A stretch of DNA of 63,927 nt, counting the filler, from Barthelona sp. PAP020 (taxonomy: Eukaryota): assembly GCA_040182905.1 (NCBI GenBank). It is 3 parts of 3 records of this genome, joined end to end, with 100 filler letters (N's around TTAATTAATTAA, not from the genome) between each part and the next. Parts side by side here need not be neighbours in the genome. Positions count along the whole stretch, not along the records: positions 49,245 to 63,927 come from JARQWU010000298.1; 2 more parts are not named here. The stretch is one strand, 5' to 3'. Under the pieces are notes generated by a model, which had not been told where the DNA came from, did no database searches, and saw only the letters and a list, made by a program, of their open reading frames with translations. Position 1 is the first letter of the stretch. Every line of letters starts with the position of its first letter. The position numbers and the translations under genes were made by a program. This document shows positions 60,462 through 63,927 of this stretch, in pieces.

Positions 60462-61004
60462 TCATGTCGTTTCTTCCTTTAGGGGTCCAATACCGGCATC
60501 TCTACTGCCATCAGCTGGAAATGGTGTCTTCATGTTGGCTTCAACCAGAATCGCATGCAATTCATCCAAAAAGTCGTTGACATTGGTAAAATTGTCCTCA
60601 TGAAATAGTAAGTATCCCTGTTTGTCCAGCACATACACATGTAAATGATGATCTCTTGAACTCAAACCGAGACATGTTTTCAATTGCTTGGCTTCGGCAA
60701 ACACATTTGCGATTCGTTTTTGATCCTCAACCGAGCAGTGTGTGTGCAAGCTATGCTGCAACCAAGGTTTTATAATGAGCGAGGCAGTGTTAAATGTGAA
60801 AATTTCAAACCAATCACTTGAAAATTGAGGGTAGGAAAACTCTTTGATGTAATCAACAATCTGCTGTGCTGTAAAACGATGTTCGTAATGATTTAGTACC
60901 AGAAGGACGGTTGGTTTGTCAATAAAATCTGAAGGAATTTGCACAAAGTTACCATGGGAAGTAACGCAGGTGAAGACGGGAAATGGTTGGTTTATTTCAG
61001 CCAT
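60462..61004 (-). CDS. ATP10-like thioredoxin-fold protein
   Basis: FPVF...G....P......PTVL, WFEI...IKPWLQHSL, LGL....HVYVLDKQG; no CxxC. Confidence 0.55.
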   Translation of the reverse strand: MAEINQPFPVFTCVTSHGNFVQIPSDFIDKPTVLLVLNHYEHRFTAQQIVDYIKEFSYPQFSSDWFEIFTFNTASLIIKPWLQHSLHTHCSVEDQKRIANVFAEAKQLKTCLGLSSRDHHLHVYVLDKQGYLLFHEDNFTNVNDFLDELHAILVEANMKTPFPADGSRDAGIGPLKEETT

Positions 61005-61375
61005 TATTTGATCTGTTGACAAAAATCAGTATTGCTAATGCATATGAAAACATTATCTCACAAACAAATATGACTTGCAAACGAACAAATTTACGATTAC
61101 CGCACCAAGTTGAAATTATCTGAAGAATAAAAACAAGCAAACAAAAAATCTCTACCACTCATAAAAAATTGTTGAATCGCAAATAATTTAAAAATGCACT
61201 AAAACATCCCAAAACAATTCATGTGAAACGTGTACCCCATTAGAAGCTGGATTTTTTTTTGTTGAAGTTGAAAAAAAAACGGTTTCTTTTTTTTTAAGGA
61301 TATACAATTAGTGCAGTTTTACGGATTTTCCTTTTGAAACTCATTGTTTTTTTTTAATATTATCAACTCTTGAAC

Positions 61376-62761
61376 ATGTTTTGGAAAATTTTGAAGATAA
61401 TTAAAGATAATTTAGTATTGGCAATGCCAATAACAATGGTACTTGGTTTTGCCTTTGGATATTTTTTTGATGCTCAACCTTTGAAGGTTCTACTTACTCC
61501 TTTCACATTCTTGATGGTATTTCCAATGATGATAAATATCCCTTTCCAAATGATCGTGAAAGGCAAAGATTGGACCCTTCAATTGGTTACTTTGGTGTTG
61601 AACTTCATAGTGGTACCATGTATTGCATTTTTATTTGGAAAGATGTTCTTCCCAAGCGATAATTACAAAGTCATGGGTCTTTTATTGTGTGGTTTACTGC
61701 CAACCAGTGGAATGACGATCAGTTGGACATCAATATCCAACGGAAACACGCCATCTGCTGTCAAGATGACCATTATTGGGTTGGTTCTTGGATCACTTGC
61801 CACTCCTCTTTACTTGAATTTCTTCATGGGTACTTCTGTTGAAATTGATATGAGGTTGATTTTTGAACCAATTATCTATGTTGTCTTTTTGCCTCTGATT
61901 CTTGGCGTCATCACACGTTGGGCAATTATCAAAATTTGGAGTTTACCCACATTCAACAAAAATGTGAAGCCCAAAAATCCTCTTCTTTCTCTGCTTTTTG
62001 TTTTACTTATTATTTTTGTTGCAATGAGTCTGAAGGCAAAGGGAATTGCAAAGGAACTTGGTCAATTTTTCTTTTTGTTGATCCCTGTAACTGTTGTATA
62101 CATCATCAACTTTGTTATTTCAACCCTCATCGGAAAATTCTTCTTTAAAAGAGGCGACGCTCTTGCGTTGGTATTTGGGTCAACCCTCAGAAATTTATCA
62201 ATTGCTCTTGCTATCGCCATGGCTGCTTTTGGTACCGAAGGTGCTAGTATGGCTCTTATTATTGCTGTATCATTTGTTGTACAGGCTCAACTTGCTGCCT
62301 GGTATGTTAAACTGGCCAACAAATTCTTTGGTCCTCCTCCTGCTCAAGATCCAGCAGCACCAGGCCCTTCAGGTGACTCCAAGCCAACCTCAGGTGAGAA
62401 AGAAATGAAACCTGAGAAATCATTGGTCAATGAAGAGGTTAAAATTGATGATGTTCAAATTGAAATACAAGATACAAAGGAACTCCAAGATAAGGATGTT
62501 CATTCCACAGACTCACCTTTCGATTCAACCACCAATGATGCATCCACCGAAATACTTCAAAGTGAATCATTGGCAGACGCTGTTGAGACAGAACAAAAGA
62601 TTCAGGAACAAGAACAAGAAGAACAAGAACAAGAACAAGAAGAATCTGCTGTGGATAGTTCAGTTCATGAAACTGATGAAGAAACGCAGGACAAGGATGC
62701 TATTGACACAACATCTGAAACCGAGGATATCCCATCAGAAATAGAAAACACCAGTGATTGA
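61376..62761 (+). CDS. Acr3/BASS (SBF) family transporter, 'arsenic resistance protein'-like, with long acidic tail
   Basis: PFTFLMVFPMM, LLPTSGMTISWT..GN, KMTIIGLVLGSLATP, RNLSIALAIA; ~10 TM. Confidence 0.85.
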   Translation: MFWKILKIIKDNLVLAMPITMVLGFAFGYFFDAQPLKVLLTPFTFLMVFPMMINIPFQMIVKGKDWTLQLVTLVLNFIVVPCIAFLFGKMFFPSDNYKVMGLLLCGLLPTSGMTISWTSISNGNTPSAVKMTIIGLVLGSLATPLYLNFFMGTSVEIDMRLIFEPIIYVVFLPLILGVITRWAIIKIWSLPTFNKNVKPKNPLLSLLFVLLIIFVAMSLKAKGIAKELGQFFFLLIPVTVVYIINFVISTLIGKFFFKRGDALALVFGSTLRNLSIALAIAMAAFGTEGASMALIIAVSFVVQAQLAAWYVKLANKFFGPPPAQDPAAPGPSGDSKPTSGEKEMKPEKSLVNEEVKIDDVQIEIQDTKELQDKDVHSTDSPFDSTTNDASTEILQSESLADAVETEQKIQEQEQEEQEQEQEESAVDSSVHETDEETQDKDAIDTTSETEDIPSEIENTSD

Positions 62762-62887
62762 TCTCACCAACGTCTCCTCTCACATCCTCATTTTGTGTTC
62801 TAATTTTAGTCTTTTCGTATATTTTGTAAACTTTTCGTTTCTTTATTCTTATTTAACTGGCGCAATTCAAAGAAAAAACTAAGACGG

Positions 62888-63616
62888 TCATTTATTTTGT
62901 AATTTTTCTTTCAGATAATTTGCATATTGGGTCGCTTCTTCAAAAGTAATTGCATTTAAGAAATCACATTTGGTTGATTCATAATCCCACAAAAAAACAG
63001 AATTTGATGTCCGACCAACATTTGCTTCCAATTTCTTTGGAACTTTTCTTGTGATTTTTTTTTCTTGATGGAGAATTTTGGTCGCCTCAACTTCTCGAAA
63101 ATATTCCAAATATTCATCAAAATCCATTTCTTTAACACCACAATTTCTGGTCAAACTTCTCAAATCAATCTTAATTTTTTTATTTTCAGCTGCCAAAGCA
63201 AAAGAACAAGCTATCATTAATGCATTTGGTTCCTTTACATCATCAAATTGTTTTTTCATATATGAAACACAAATCATTTCTCCTAACGTTGCAACATCAG
63301 GACTTGAAAAAATATTCCCAAGATCTGTAAAAGTGATAGGATAAGCCTCTAAAATAAATGGTTGATAAAAATTGACTGCCTTTTCAAATGATCTTCTTCT
63401 ATATCTTATATTCGCCATTGAGCAAATCTTATTAACCTCACAAAAATGTCCCAAACGTTCAAGAGCAAGATGTATTACAACACATTCAATGTATTCACTA
63501 ATATGAGGTTTTGTTTGGATATATTTAATGGTTTCATAAAAATTTGACGTAACTTGGAATATATTTCTTGAATTTGATAATTTTAGGCCTTCTAAAATGT
63601 TTTGAATGGCCTCCAT
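62888..63616 (-). CDS. ORC6: Origin recognition complex subunit 6-like (TFIIB/cyclin fold)
   Basis: VVIHLA, ITFTDLGNIFS, KKIKID......GVK..DFD and C-terminal YANYLKEKL are colinear with metazoan ORC6; 242 aa. Confidence 0.65.
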   Translation of the reverse strand: MEAIQNILEGLKLSNSRNIFQVTSNFYETIKYIQTKPHISEYIECVVIHLALERLGHFCEVNKICSMANIRYRRRSFEKAVNFYQPFILEAYPITFTDLGNIFSSPDVATLGEMICVSYMKKQFDDVKEPNALMIACSFALAAENKKIKIDLRSLTRNCGVKEMDFDEYLEYFREVEATKILHQEKKITRKVPKKLEANVGRTSNSVFLWDYESTKCDFLNAITFEEATQYANYLKEKLQNK

Positions 63617-63768
63617 TCATGAACACAAATAAAAGTTATTTGTGTGATTTTTATTTATCATATTTGAATAATCTCATTGCTAAAAAGAAAAACTCTTCGG
63701 AATTTTAAAAGATAAAAAGGCAAAATTGAAAAAACCTTTTTTTAAAAATTTGTTTATTGTCTTTGCAC

Positions 63769-63927
63769 ATGAGTTCGAGTCCCATATTTACAAATGAATC
63801 GAATGAAATCAAACAAGCATATGTTTCACCCCGAAAGAAACAATTACTAGATTTTTTAAATGACACTGACCAATTAAAGCAAGAAATTAATTTGCAAGAC
63901 AAAAAATTACATTTTAAAGATGGGTTT
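63769..63927 (+). CDS. 5' part of a hypothetical protein running off the window
   Basis: ATG at 63769, open for 53 codons to the window end (MSSSPIFTNESNEIKQ...). Confidence 0.45.
   Translation, partial: MSSSPIFTNESNEIKQAYVSPRKKQLLDFLNDTDQLKQEINLQDKKLHFKDGF

Noticed and set aside
1..63927. Prokaryotic origin of the window, or a non-standard genetic code
   Set aside because: Spliceosomal introns and many eukaryote-specific genes are present. TAA, TAG and TGA all terminate conserved genes at expected positions. No tRNA, rRNA, CRISPR or intact transposase was recognised.

Overview
This is AT-rich, gene-dense eukaryotic nuclear DNA. It is three unrelated contigs (1-24529, 24630-49144, 49245-63927) joined by artificial 44N-TTAATTAATTAA-44N spacers. 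Eukaryotic housekeeping genes (Vps16, STE24, BCD1, RPAC2, RPL37, RPL41, eEF1B, epsin, formin, legumain, ORC6-like), rare short spliceosomal introns, a ciliary EFHB-like gene and anaerobic enzymes point to an anaerobic flagellated protist. A metamonad-like organism is my inference only. The standout is a single intronless 9.8-kb ORF (14061-23861, minus strand, 3266 aa). It fuses two complete, diverged pyruvate:ferredoxin oxidoreductases, a PNO/CPR-type flavodoxin and a complete Cys-type Mo/W-bis-PGD formate dehydrogenase (FdhF-like). This could be a single-chain 'pyruvate:CO2 oxidoreductase' with the net reaction of pyruvate formate-lyase but no glycyl radical, using an enzyme family regarded as prokaryotic. 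Other bacterial-looking genes include a TM1266-like [FeFe]-hydrogenase-operon protein with a hydrogenosome-like presequence, a GatC-like protein, a short SerA, a class IV aminotransferase, and a MdoB/ATP10-like/Acr3 run. There is also an inverted pair of membrane-PAS sensor paralogues. All family calls come from motif recognition by eye, without database searches.
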